From Myxococcota bacterium (GTDB taxonomy: Bacteria > Myxococcota_A > UBA9160 > UBA6930): a DNA stretch of 64,000 bases. The number at the start of each line of letters is the position of its first letter. Position 1 is the stretch's first letter. Under the pieces are notes generated by a model that saw nothing but the letters and a program-made list of their open reading frames with translations, did not search any database and was not told where the DNA came from. This document shows, one piece after another, positions 55,773-64,000 of this stretch. Both the position numbers and the translations under genes were made by a program. Where the stretch lies: positions 5,312,001 to 5,376,000 of the forward strand of contig OZ245002.1 of assembly GCA_965223415.1 (NCBI GenBank), written 5' to 3'.

Positions 55773-56198
55773 CTAGGCCGTCGCCTCCAGGTCGGCAGGG
55801 ACCTCCGCGTCTCCGAGAACGGCCTGGCCATCGAGGGAGCGCACCAACATGAAGCGGCGTTCGGCCGCGGTCGTCTCGCTCGGAAGCCGCATGCGCGCCC
55901 CGGCGGCGTTGTTCGCGAGCACGTCGATCGGTCCGGAGGCGCGGCTCGCCCGTTCGACGGGGTCGGAGCGCGCCGCCTCGGCCGCAAGATCGGCGACGAC
56001 GGCGTCCGCCCGGGCGCCGGCGGCCCGGAGCTCGTCGACCGCTTCCTCGAGGGTGCCCTGGCGACCCCGGCGGGCCCCGGAGCGCGAGGCCGAGAGCACC
56101 ACGGCGGCCCCTTCCGCCGCGAAGCGCCGGGCGATCGCCCGACCGATTCCCCGGCTGACGCCGGTGACGAACGCGGTCCTGCCGTCCAGGGCTCCCAT
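55773..56198 (-). pseudogene. SDR oxidoreductase with in-frame internal deletion (141 aa)
   Basis: TGVSRGIG and NNAA are present, but no YxxxK or catalytic Ser; the sequence jumps near 55847 from ...ERRFM to a short C-terminal tail. Confidence 0.7.
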
Positions 56199-56205
56199 GG
56201 CGCGA

Positions 56206-56269
56206 AGCCTACGCCGCCGGCCGGGCCCATGTCAACGGTGTTGACTCCACTCGGAAGCGGGCGTACCGT
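56206..56269. promoter_or_regulatory. Back-to-back divergent promoters with central palindrome
   Basis: Minus: TTGACA-18-TAGGCT-7-ATG(56198). Plus: TTGACT-17-TACCGT-8-ATG(56278). GTCAAC-ggt-GTTGAC at 56231-56245. Confidence 0.65.
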
Positions 56270-56277
56270 CATGCCCC

Positions 56278-58188
56278 ATGAGACTCGTCCCCTGCGCCCT
56301 GACCCTCCTCCTCGCAGCCACCGCCGGCCTGGCGTCGCCCGGCTCGACCGACGGCGCCCGCTGCCAAAGCCACCAGCCGGACCGTCAGGTGTTCTGGGGC
56401 GACCTCCACGTCCACACGGCCGTCTCGATGGACGCCTGGATGTTCGGCACCCGGCCGCGTCCCGCAGATGCCTATCGCTTCGCGCGAGGCGAGGCGATCG
56501 GCATCGGACCGCGCGATGCCGAAGAACGACCCGTGCGCGAGGTCCGACTCGAGCGCCCCCTCGACTTCGCCGCCGTCACCGACCACGCCAGCGGGTCGGG
56601 CGGCGTCAAGCTCTGCACCACGCCGGGCAGCGCCGTCTACGACTCGGACGCGTGTCGGGCCTATCGCTCGCCGCTCCAGGTCCAGGGACGTCCGTTGGCC
56701 GAGATCGTGAAGGACATCCGCCAGCGGACGGACGTCGGCCTCGCGTCGCCGGCCGTCTGCGGCGAAGACGGCGCGCGCTGCCGCGCGGCCATGGGCGACG
56801 TCTGGCAGGAGACCCAGCGGGCCGCCGCGGCCTGGAACGACGCGTCGCCCGCCTGCGCGTTCACCACCTTCGTCGCCTACGAGTACACGGCCACGCCGAA
56901 CCTCACGAAGATCCACCGCAACGTGATCTTCCGGAACACGACGGTGCCGCCGCTCCCGATCTCCTACGACGACGAGCCCACCGCGATCGGCCTGTGGCGC
57001 GAGCTGCGCCGGCAGTGCCTCGACGCGGGCACGGGATGCGACGCCCTGGCGATCCCGCACAATCCGAACCTCTCGAACGGCAACCTGTTCGCCATCGAGT
57101 ACGGGGACGCCCAGACCCCCGAGGAGCAGGCCGAGATCGCCCGCCTGCGGGCCGGGCTGGAGCCCCTCGTCGAGATGAGCCAGATGAAGGGCGACTCGGA
57201 ATGCCGGAACGGCATGTGGAACGTCCTGGGCGGAACCGACGAGCTGTGCGGCTTCGAGAAGATGCGCGCCCCCGACACGCCCGATTGCGAGGGCGGCCGG
57301 GGCGAGGGCGCGCTCGGCAACACCGGCTGCATCTCCCGCCGGGATTTCGCCCGCTACGCCCTGGTCGAGGGCCTCATGGAGGCCGAGCGGATCGGGGTGA
57401 ACCCCTTCCCGGTCGGCTTCATCGCCGCGACCGACGGCCACGACGGCACGCCCGGCGCCGTCGAGGAGTGGCGCCAGGATCTGCTCGTCGGCCAGGCGAG
57501 CCCCGGGCCCGGCCGCAACCCGGGCGGGCTCGCGGCGGTGTGGGCAGAGGAGAACTCGCGGGAGGCCCTCTTCGAGGCCCTGCGCCGGAGGGAGACCTAC
57601 GGCACCAGCGGCCCGCGCATGTCCGTGCGCTTCTTCGGCGGCTTCGGGCTTCCCGAGGGCCTCTGCGACGACCCCGCCCTCGTGCGCAAGGGCTACGCCG
57701 GCGGGGTCCCGATGGGCGGCACGCTCGCGGCCGGCGACGCGGGCCAGGCGCCGGCCTTCGTCGTGAGCGCGCTCCGCGACCCGGGAACGCCCGAGCACCC
57801 GGGCGGCCTGCTACAGCGCGTCCAGATCGTGAAGGGCTGGGCCGACCCGGATGGCAGGATCCACCAGCGGGTGATCGACGTGGCGGGCGGAGCCAACGAA
57901 GCCAACGTGGATCCGGCGAGCTGCGCCCCCTCCGGGCCTGGCGCCGAGGCCCTGTGCGGCACGTGGACCGATCCGGAGTTCGATCCCGCACGCGGGGCCG
58001 TCTACTACGCGCGCGTCGTCGAGAATCCCAGCTGTCGGCAGACGGGCTGGGCCTGCCGCCCCGGCGAGAGCCGCCCCGCGTGGTGCGACCTACCGAACGT
58101 CCCGATGACGACCCAGGAGCGCGCCTGGACGTCGCCGATCTGGTACGAGCCCGCCAGGGATGCGCGCGAAGGAGGGGCCCCCGAATGA
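56278..58188 (+). CDS. Exported DUF3604 domain protein (PHP-like metallohydrolase fold, Cys-rich)
   Basis: Signal peptide; FWGDLHVHT..SMDA, LDFAAVTDH, YEYT, IHRNVIF, IPHN.NLSNG, QMKGDSEC, TDGH, RRETYGTSG and QERAWTSPIW. Confidence 0.9.
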   Translation: MRLVPCALTLLLAATAGLASPGSTDGARCQSHQPDRQVFWGDLHVHTAVSMDAWMFGTRPRPADAYRFARGEAIGIGPRDAEERPVREVRLERPLDFAAVTDHASGSGGVKLCTTPGSAVYDSDACRAYRSPLQVQGRPLAEIVKDIRQRTDVGLASPAVCGEDGARCRAAMGDVWQETQRAAAAWNDASPACAFTTFVAYEYTATPNLTKIHRNVIFRNTTVPPLPISYDDEPTAIGLWRELRRQCLDAGTGCDALAIPHNPNLSNGNLFAIEYGDAQTPEEQAEIARLRAGLEPLVEMSQMKGDSECRNGMWNVLGGTDELCGFEKMRAPDTPDCEGGRGEGALGNTGCISRRDFARYALVEGLMEAERIGVNPFPVGFIAATDGHDGTPGAVEEWRQDLLVGQASPGPGRNPGGLAAVWAEENSREALFEALRRRETYGTSGPRMSVRFFGGFGLPEGLCDDPALVRKGYAGGVPMGGTLAAGDAGQAPAFVVSALRDPGTPEHPGGLLQRVQIVKGWADPDGRIHQRVIDVAGGANEANVDPASCAPSGPGAEALCGTWTDPEFDPARGAVYYARVVENPSCRQTGWACRPGESRPAWCDLPNVPMTTQERAWTSPIWYEPARDAREGGAPE

Positions 58189-58967
58189 TCCTCGAGGGCA
58201 AGACGATCCTCGTCTCCGGCGTGGGCCCGGGGCTCGGCAGCGAGGTGGCGTCGCGCGTGCTGCGCGACGGTGGACGCGTCGTCGTCGGGGCCCGCAAGGC
58301 CGAGCGTCTCGACGCGATCGCGAAGGAGCTCGACGCGAGCGGCGAGCGCATCCATGCGCACACCTTCGACATCACCGACGAGGAGGCCTGCCGCGGCATC
58401 ATCGCCGCGGCGGAGGAACGCTTCGGACGCCTCGACGGCGTGGCCCAGGTCGCGGCGGCCGAGCCGATGGGTGATCTCGCGAGCACGCCGGCCGAGGACT
58501 TCCGGTGCTCGACCGAGGTCAACGTGATCGGCTCCGTGCAGCTCGTGCGGGCAGCGGCGCCCGCGCTCGAGCGGGCGGCGGGCGGGTCGGTCGTCCTGAT
58601 CGGCTCCCAGTCGACCGACCATCCCCCGCCCACACCGCAGCTCGCCTACTCCGCCTCGAAGGGAGCGCTCCGCGCCGCCGCGATCCACCTGGCCTCGGAG
58701 CTCGGGCCGCGGAAGATCCGCGTCAATACCGTGATCCCGACCTGGATGTGGGGCCCGCCGGTCCAGGGCTGGGTGCGTTGGCAGGCGAAGGAGCGCGGGC
58801 TCTCGGAGAAAGAGATCCACGCGGAGCTCGAAGCCCTGTTCCCGATCGGCGAGGTGCCCGCCGACGACGACGTCGCCGAGGCCGTGGTGGTGTTCCTGAG
58901 CGACCGTCTGCGCATGGTGACCGGCCAGTGCCTGCGCGTGGACGGCGGCCAGCGCATGACGCTCTGA
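58185..58967 (+). CDS. SDR oxidoreductase (Rv3530c/PRK07890-like)
   Basis: From ATG 58185: VSGVGPGLG, YSASK, IRVNTVIPTWMWG and VTGQCLRVDGG. Confidence 0.9.
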   Translation: MILEGKTILVSGVGPGLGSEVASRVLRDGGRVVVGARKAERLDAIAKELDASGERIHAHTFDITDEEACRGIIAAAEERFGRLDGVAQVAAAEPMGDLASTPAEDFRCSTEVNVIGSVQLVRAAAPALERAAGGSVVLIGSQSTDHPPPTPQLAYSASKGALRAAAIHLASELGPRKIRVNTVIPTWMWGPPVQGWVRWQAKERGLSEKEIHAELEALFPIGEVPADDDVAEAVVVFLSDRLRMVTGQCLRVDGGQRMTL

Positions 58968-58985
58968 CGGCTGGAGGAGAGACGA

Positions 58986-59480
58986 ATGGATGCGATCCAG
59001 GAGCTCGTCGAGATCGAGGCGATCAAGAAGCTGAAGGCCCGCTATCAGCGCGCCGTCGACACCAAGGACTGGGAGCTGATGCGAAGCGTCCTGGCCCCCG
59101 ACGCGAAGAGCATCTACAGCGACGGGAAGTACAGCTTCGACGGGCGCGAGGCCATCGTGACGTTCCTGGCGGAAGGCCTGGGCTCTCCCGAGATCCAGTC
59201 GATGCATCACGCCCACACGCCCGAGATCGAGATCACCGGCGACTCGACCGCGACCGGGACCTGGTACCTCGAGGACTTCGTCCTGAGCGCCAGGCCGAGC
59301 GACGACGCCCCCGACGGAACCGTGATGCACGGAACCGGAGTCTACCGCGATGACTACGTCAAGATCGACGGCGCCTGGCACATCCAGCGGACCGGCTACG
59401 AGCGGATCTTCGAGGACCTCCAGCCCCGCGGCCCGGGCTCCCGCCTTCGCACGCGCTGGGACGCGCCGAAGAGCGCCTAG
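58986..59480 (+). CDS. NTF2/SnoaL-like protein (BaiE/LinA-like fold)
   Basis: IEAIKKLKARY..AVDTKDW, SMHHAHTPEI, ATGTWYLED and YRDDYVKIDGAWHI. Confidence 0.85.
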   Translation: MDAIQELVEIEAIKKLKARYQRAVDTKDWELMRSVLAPDAKSIYSDGKYSFDGREAIVTFLAEGLGSPEIQSMHHAHTPEIEITGDSTATGTWYLEDFVLSARPSDDAPDGTVMHGTGVYRDDYVKIDGAWHIQRTGYERIFEDLQPRGPGSRLRTRWDAPKSA

Positions 59481-59497
59481 GCCCGAAGGACCCGCTG

Positions 59498-60190
59498 ATG
59501 CCGCCGCCGACCCGAACCGCAGGGCGCCGGAAGCCCGCCCTCTCCCGGCCGCTCTCGCGCCGCAAGATCGCAGCCGCCGCGATCGACATCGTGCGCGACG
59601 AAGGGCTGGAAGCCCTCTCCATGCGCAGGGTCGCCGCGGCCTTCGGCGTGGACGTCGCAGCGCTCTATCGACACGTCCGGAACAAGGACGAGCTGCTCGA
59701 GGAGGCCGGCCGCCTCGCCTCGGAGCAGGTCGAGCTCGACGCACCCAAGGAAGGCGACTTCGAGGCGCGCTTCGTCGGCCTGTGTCGCGCCATCCGCGAC
59801 CGCATCGCCGAGCACCCGGAGCTCGGCATCCACTCCGGCGGCTCGCCCTGGGCGACGCCCTTCTTCGCCCGCGCCAACGGCCTCGTCGCCGAGCTGCTCC
59901 ACGAATCCGGGCTCGCCCGCGACGCGCTCGTCCACGCCACCCAGACCGTGCTCCACCTGGTGATCGCCATCGCCCAGAGCCAGGTCCTGGCCAGCGAGAC
60001 GCCCCGCGAGCAGAACCGCGCCTTCGCGAAGACGATCTACGAGTCCCTGCCTGAAGCGGTGCGCCGCGCCTGGCCCACGACCAGCGCCCGGACCGAATGG
60101 TCCGTGGACTTCGACGCCTTCTTCGACTTCGCAGTGCGCGCGCTCCTCGCCGCGCTTCGCGCCGGCGAAACGGCGCTAGCAGGCTGCTGA
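59498..60190 (+). CDS. TetR family regulator with TetR-like C-terminal domain; last codons supplied by the IS end
   Basis: LSRRKIAAAA...GLEALSMRRVAAAFGVDVAALYRHVRNKDEL; the C-terminal AGC* derives from the IS left IR. Confidence 0.9.
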   Translation: MPPPTRTAGRRKPALSRPLSRRKIAAAAIDIVRDEGLEALSMRRVAAAFGVDVAALYRHVRNKDELLEEAGRLASEQVELDAPKEGDFEARFVGLCRAIRDRIAEHPELGIHSGGSPWATPFFARANGLVAELLHESGLARDALVHATQTVLHLVIAIAQSQVLASETPREQNRAFAKTIYESLPEAVRRAWPTTSARTEWSVDFDAFFDFAVRALLAALRAGETALAGC

Positions 60191-61449
60191 AAAACCCTGC
60201 GTTTCCGTGTTCTCGATGGTAGAAGATGGGTCGGGGGGAGAGAGGATGCGCGGCAGCGACCGAGAGCAGGGTTCGATGTTCAGCTACGTCTCGCTGGAGA
60301 CGCGGATTCCGGAGGATCATCCGCTTCGCCCCATGCGGGCGATGGTGGACGAGGCGCTGAGGGGCCTGTCTCGGCGGTTCTCGGAGCTCTACGCGTCGAC
60401 GGGCCGGCCGTCGATCCCACCGGAGCGGCTGCTGCGGGCTCTGTTGCTGCAGGTGCTCTACTCGATCCGGAGTGAGCGCCAGCTGATGGAGCAGCTCGAG
60501 TACAACCTGCTGTTCCGTTGGTTCGTAGGGCTGGGGATGGAGGATGCGGTCTGGGTCCCGACGGTCTTCACGAAGAACCGGGACCGGCTGCTGGAAGGGG
60601 ACGTGGCGGAGGCGTTCTTTGAGGCGGTGCTGGCGCAGGGAAAGGACCACGGCCTTCTGTCGTCGGAGCACTTCACGGTGGATGGCACGCTGATCGAGGC
60701 GTGGGCGAGCCAGAAGAGCTTCCGGGCGAAGGACGGCTCGGGGGACGACGGAGACGACGATCCGGGCAACCCGACGGTGAACTTTCGGGGAGAGCAGCGG
60801 AGCAACGCGACGCACGAATCGACGACGGATCCCGAGGCGCGGCTGGCGCGCAAGAAGGGCCAGACCTCGCAGCTGGCCTACATGGGCCATCTGCTGACGG
60901 AGAACCGCAACGGCCTGATCGTCTCGGCGCTGCTGACGGAGGCCGATGGCTACGCCGAGCGGCTGGCAGCGCTGGAGATGGCGGAGGACGTGGCGGGAAG
61001 GCGCCGGATCACGCTGGGCGGGGACAAGGGCTACGACACCGAGGAGTTCGTGGCGGGCTGCCGGAAGCGCAACATCACGCCGCACGTGGCGCAGCACACG
61101 ACGAATCGGGCCAGCCGGATCGACGGTCGCACGGTCCGTCACGAGGGCTACGCGATCAGCCAGCACAAACGCAAGCGGATCGAGGAGTGCTTCGGTTGGA
61201 TGAAGACGGTCGGGGGAATGCGAAAGACGCGTCACCGGGGCACGGATCGGGTCGGGTGGATGTTCGTCTTCACGGCGGCGGTCTACAACCTGGTCCGCAT
61301 ACGCAACCTCGTAGAGGTCACATGACGCACCTGCATCGAGACGAGGTACCCCGGATCACTTCCGGGATCGAAGAGCGAGCCGAGCGGGCCGCGGGGACCC
61401 GCGCCCTCTGGCGTTCTGGCGCCTCTCAGCGCCGAATTTCAGCAGCCTG
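60180..61449 (+). mobile_element. Complete IS5-family insertion sequence, 1270 bp
   Basis: Perfect 13-bp terminal IRs CAGGCTGCTGAAA (60180-92 and 61437-49), flanked by CTAG duplications at 60176-79 and 61450-53. Confidence 0.93.
60246..61325 (+). CDS. IS5 family DDE transposase
   Basis: GRPSIPPERLLRALLLQ..YSIRSERQL, TVDGT (D), GDKGY (D) and RKRIEECFGW (E); intact ORF. Confidence 0.95.
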   Translation: MRGSDREQGSMFSYVSLETRIPEDHPLRPMRAMVDEALRGLSRRFSELYASTGRPSIPPERLLRALLLQVLYSIRSERQLMEQLEYNLLFRWFVGLGMEDAVWVPTVFTKNRDRLLEGDVAEAFFEAVLAQGKDHGLLSSEHFTVDGTLIEAWASQKSFRAKDGSGDDGDDDPGNPTVNFRGEQRSNATHESTTDPEARLARKKGQTSQLAYMGHLLTENRNGLIVSALLTEADGYAERLAALEMAEDVAGRRRITLGGDKGYDTEEFVAGCRKRNITPHVAQHTTNRASRIDGRTVRHEGYAISQHKRKRIEECFGWMKTVGGMRKTRHRGTDRVGWMFVFTAAVYNLVRIRNLVEVT

Positions 61450-61481
61450 CTAGGGGACTGAGCCGATCAGGAGGCCGAGAG

Positions 61482-62495
61482 ATGGAGTTCGTCGTCAGCT
61501 TCGACATGCGTTCCCCCTCCTTCGGAGCGCCCCGGGAAGCCCTCTACCGGGCCGCCCTCGACATGGCGGAATGGGCCGACGACCTCGGCTTCAACGTCAT
61601 CAGCCTGGGCGAGCACCACGCCGCGGAGGACGGCTACCTGCCCTCCCCGCTTCCGATGATCTCGGCGATCGCCGCGCGCACCCGGCGCGCCAAGCTCCGG
61701 CCGAACGTGCTGCTCGCGCCCTTCTACGAGCCCATCAAACTGGCCGAGGATCTTTCGGTGATCCAGATCCTCGCCCAGGGCCGGCTGCAGGTCGTGCTCG
61801 GAGCTGGCTATCGCCCCTACGAGTTCGAGATGTTCGGCACGCGGCGCGAGGACCGCAAGCAGCGCTACCTCGACGTCTTCGAGGTGCTGCGGACCGCCTG
61901 GAAAGGAGAGGAGTTCGAGTACGAGGGGCGCAAGGTCCGGATCACGCCCCAGCCGGACGAGCCGCCGCCGCTGCTGCTGGGAGGAGCGCATCCGGCGGTC
62001 GCGCGACGCGCCGCCCGGATTGCGGACGGCTACTTCCCGCCGGGCGGCGAGAACTGGAACGTCTACCGCGACGAGCGGCTCAAGCTGGGCAAGTCCGATC
62101 CCGGCGAGAAGTTCCACGCGCTCGGCCCGATCTTCACCTACGTCACCCGTGACGTCGAGGCGGCCTGGGAGAGGATCCTCCCGCACGCCGTGCATTGCGT
62201 GGAGTCGTACACCGAGTGGACCGTCGAGGCCTACGGCCGCGCCGCCGGACCGTTCGCGGACGGCGTCGATCCGGCGCTGCTTCGCCAGAGCGGCGCCTAC
62301 CAGGTCCTGCCTCCGGAGCAGGCGATCGAGATGATCGAGGGGATGGACGACTGCTCGACGTTCATCCTGTTCCCGCTGCTGGGCGGCCTCGATCCGACCT
62401 TCGCCTGGGAGGGGCTTCGGCGCTTCGAGAAGGAAGTCTGGCCCCACGTCCGTCATCGCGCCGGGGACCTGCCCATTCCTGGCGTCGATGGCTGA
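61482..62495 (+). CDS. LLM class flavin-dependent oxidoreductase
   Basis: WADDLGF..ISLGEHH...GYLPSP, PIKLAED, GAGYRPYEF and ARRAARIADG. Confidence 0.9.
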   Translation: MEFVVSFDMRSPSFGAPREALYRAALDMAEWADDLGFNVISLGEHHAAEDGYLPSPLPMISAIAARTRRAKLRPNVLLAPFYEPIKLAEDLSVIQILAQGRLQVVLGAGYRPYEFEMFGTRREDRKQRYLDVFEVLRTAWKGEEFEYEGRKVRITPQPDEPPPLLLGGAHPAVARRAARIADGYFPPGGENWNVYRDERLKLGKSDPGEKFHALGPIFTYVTRDVEAAWERILPHAVHCVESYTEWTVEAYGRAAGPFADGVDPALLRQSGAYQVLPPEQAIEMIEGMDDCSTFILFPLLGGLDPTFAWEGLRRFEKEVWPHVRHRAGDLPIPGVDG

Positions 62496-62507
62496 GGAGT
62501 CGCGAAC

Positions 62508-63389
62508 GTGCAGAGCCGAGATCGGGTCGAAACGGCCGGGATCGACCACCTCCACCTGAACGTCCATCGGATCGACGAGGCGATCGGCTTGTTCACTCGC
62601 CTCTTCCAGTGCAAGCACAACGTCCCGCTCTACATCGACTCCGTCGATGGGATGAACTCGATGAACAGCCTGGGAATGGACGTGGTCGCGCCGGCTTCCG
62701 AGGACAGTCGCTACGCGCGCATGATGGAGCGCCTGGGTGGCGAAGGCATCTCGGCCGTGTCGTTCTACGTGGACGACCTGGACGATGCGACCCGCAAGAT
62801 CGAGGCCACGGGCATCCGGAAGGTCAGCGAGATCGGCTATCCGGAGATCGAACGGCAGACGCAGTTCCACGCCCGGGATTGCTTCGGCATGTCCCTCGAG
62901 CTCGTCTACCTCCATCCCGGCGCCACGGAGAAGATGGCGGCCATCCAGGAGAGCCAGGCGAGCCAGAACGACGGCAAGCCGCACATCGAGAGCCTGCCCG
63001 GCGCCGTGCCGACCGGGGGAATCCACCACGTACGCCTGCGGGTCGGGTCGGCCGAGGCCCTGGAGGCGGCCATCGCCCGGTTCGAGAGCTGGTTCGTGTG
63101 CACGTGGCAGCGCGCCCGGGATGGGAGGTCCGCCACCTCTTCCCTCGACGTGCACCTGTGGGTCGGCGACGGCGACCGGGAGGGCATCGACGCGTTCGCG
63201 ATGGCGGTGCCGGAGCTCGAGACGGCGACCCGACGCGCAGACGAGCTCGGGCTGACCCGGATCGAGACGCCGGCCTACCTGGCGAAGATCGAGAACGCCG
63301 TCTGCTACGCGCCGTCCGACTGCTTCGGGCTGAGCCTGGTGCTCGTCGAGAGCGAGGTGCGGCGGAAACATCGACACCACGCCGACTGA
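62508..63389 (+). CDS. Tandem VOC-fold protein (methylmalonyl-CoA epimerase-like)
   Basis: Two repeats: IDHLHLNV...GEGISAVSFYVDDLD...DCFGMSLEL and IHHVRLRV...EGIDAFAMAV...DCFGLSLVL; GTG start after GAGGAG. Confidence 0.75.
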   Translation: MQSRDRVETAGIDHLHLNVHRIDEAIGLFTRLFQCKHNVPLYIDSVDGMNSMNSLGMDVVAPASEDSRYARMMERLGGEGISAVSFYVDDLDDATRKIEATGIRKVSEIGYPEIERQTQFHARDCFGMSLELVYLHPGATEKMAAIQESQASQNDGKPHIESLPGAVPTGGIHHVRLRVGSAEALEAAIARFESWFVCTWQRARDGRSATSSLDVHLWVGDGDREGIDAFAMAVPELETATRRADELGLTRIETPAYLAKIENAVCYAPSDCFGLSLVLVESEVRRKHRHHAD

Positions 63390-63424
63390 GGCGCCAGGCC
63401 CGGGGAGCGTGGCCAATGGCGCGG

Positions 63425-64000
63425 TCAGAAGGCGTAGGAGCCGCCGTTCAGCACCAGGGTCTGCCCCGTGATCCAGGCCGCTTCGTCGGAGGCCAGGAAG
63501 GCCACGGCGCCACCCACGTCGTCCGGCGTCCCCAGGCGTCTCGCAGGAATGGTCGGGATGATGCGCGCCGTGAACTCGTCCGGGACGTTGTCCATCAGGC
63601 CGAGGGAGATCGAGTTGGCGGTGACGCCGTGCGGGCTGACCTCGCGCGCCAGGTGGCGCATGAGATGGGAGGCACCCGCCTTCGCGACCCCGTACACGGA
63701 CACGCCGATGTCGAGGCCGACCCGGCCCGCCTCCGACGAGATCGTCACGATGCGCCCCCAGCCGCGATCGCACATCCCGTCCAGGACGGCCTTCGTGCAA
63801 TGGAGCACCCCGTAGAGGTTCACGCGCAGATAGCGATCCCAGTGCTCGATGGGCATGTCGCGGAACGAGAGCTGATCCACCTCCCGGGTGCCGGCGTTGC
63901 CGGCGTTGTTCACCAGGATGTCGATCCCGCCGCAGCGCGCGTCGAGCTCGGCGACTGCGGTCTGGGTCTGCTTCGCGTCGGTGACGTCGAAGGGCGCTGG
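63425..64000 (-). CDS. SDR oxidoreductase (3-oxoacyl-ACP reductase-like), 5' end outside the window
   Basis: FDVTD, LVNNAG, ISSEAG, YGVAK, RLGTPDDVG and ITGQTLVLNGG. Confidence 0.9.
   Translation of the reverse strand, partial: PAPFDVTDAKQTQTAVAELDARCGGIDILVNNAGNAGTREVDQLSFRDMPIEHWDRYLRVNLYGVLHCTKAVLDGMCDRGWGRIVTISSEAGRVGLDIGVSVYGVAKAGASHLMRHLAREVSPHGVTANSISLGLMDNVPDEFTARIIPTIPARRLGTPDDVGGAVAFLASDEAAWITGQTLVLNGGSYAF

Noticed and set aside
279..59480. Frequent CTAG at gene ends as possible IS scars or amber recoding
   Set aside because: Explained by TAG stops preceded by C-ending codons; the proteins are full length at these stops and no IRs are present except at 60176-61453.
1..64000. CRISPR array, tRNA, rRNA or long tandem repeats
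   Set aside because: No regularly spaced repeats or recognisable RNA genes were seen; intergenic gaps are short. A covariance-model search was not possible.

Overview
High-GC (roughly 70% by eye) bacterial DNA, densely coding (about 57 CDS or gene remnants), with no rRNA, tRNA or CRISPR array seen. Almost all of it encodes catabolism of lipids, steroids and other specialised compounds. In order: an acetoin/2-oxoacid dehydrogenase-type operon (E1alpha, E1beta, AcoX, lipoyl protein), a Baeyer-Villiger monooxygenase, a GH51 arabinofuranosidase and an acyl-CoA dehydrogenase/ligase/GPH-transporter unit. Next is a TetR-centred divergon that resembles a rearranged mycobacterial steroid side-chain module (P450, stand-alone DUF35, Ltp2-like aldolase, ChsH1-like and ChsH2-N-like hydratase subunits, a two-domain CoA-transferase and a FadE26/FadE27-like ACAD pair). 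After it come a molybdopterin oxidoreductase with an amine-dehydrogenase-like partner, a carotenoid-oxygenase family enzyme and a taurine operon tpa-ackA-xsc. The second half holds hydrolases, probable F420-dependent enzymes, an orphan cytochrome-oxidase subunit III/IV-like pair, and a sulfotransferase/DUF1214/GH5 versus DUF3604/SDR/SnoaL/TetR/LLM/VOC divergon interrupted by a complete IS5-family element. Notable DNA-level features are a 61-bp palindromic bidirectional promoter that contains both start codons, several apparently leaderless genes, a Zn-ADH pseudogene carrying an inverted piece of itself between two deletions, an internally deleted SDR and a frameshifted hydrolase. Family assignments rest on motifs and remembered homologues; no database search was run. 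A Myxococcota/Binatia-like or marine host-associated origin is only a guess from gene content.
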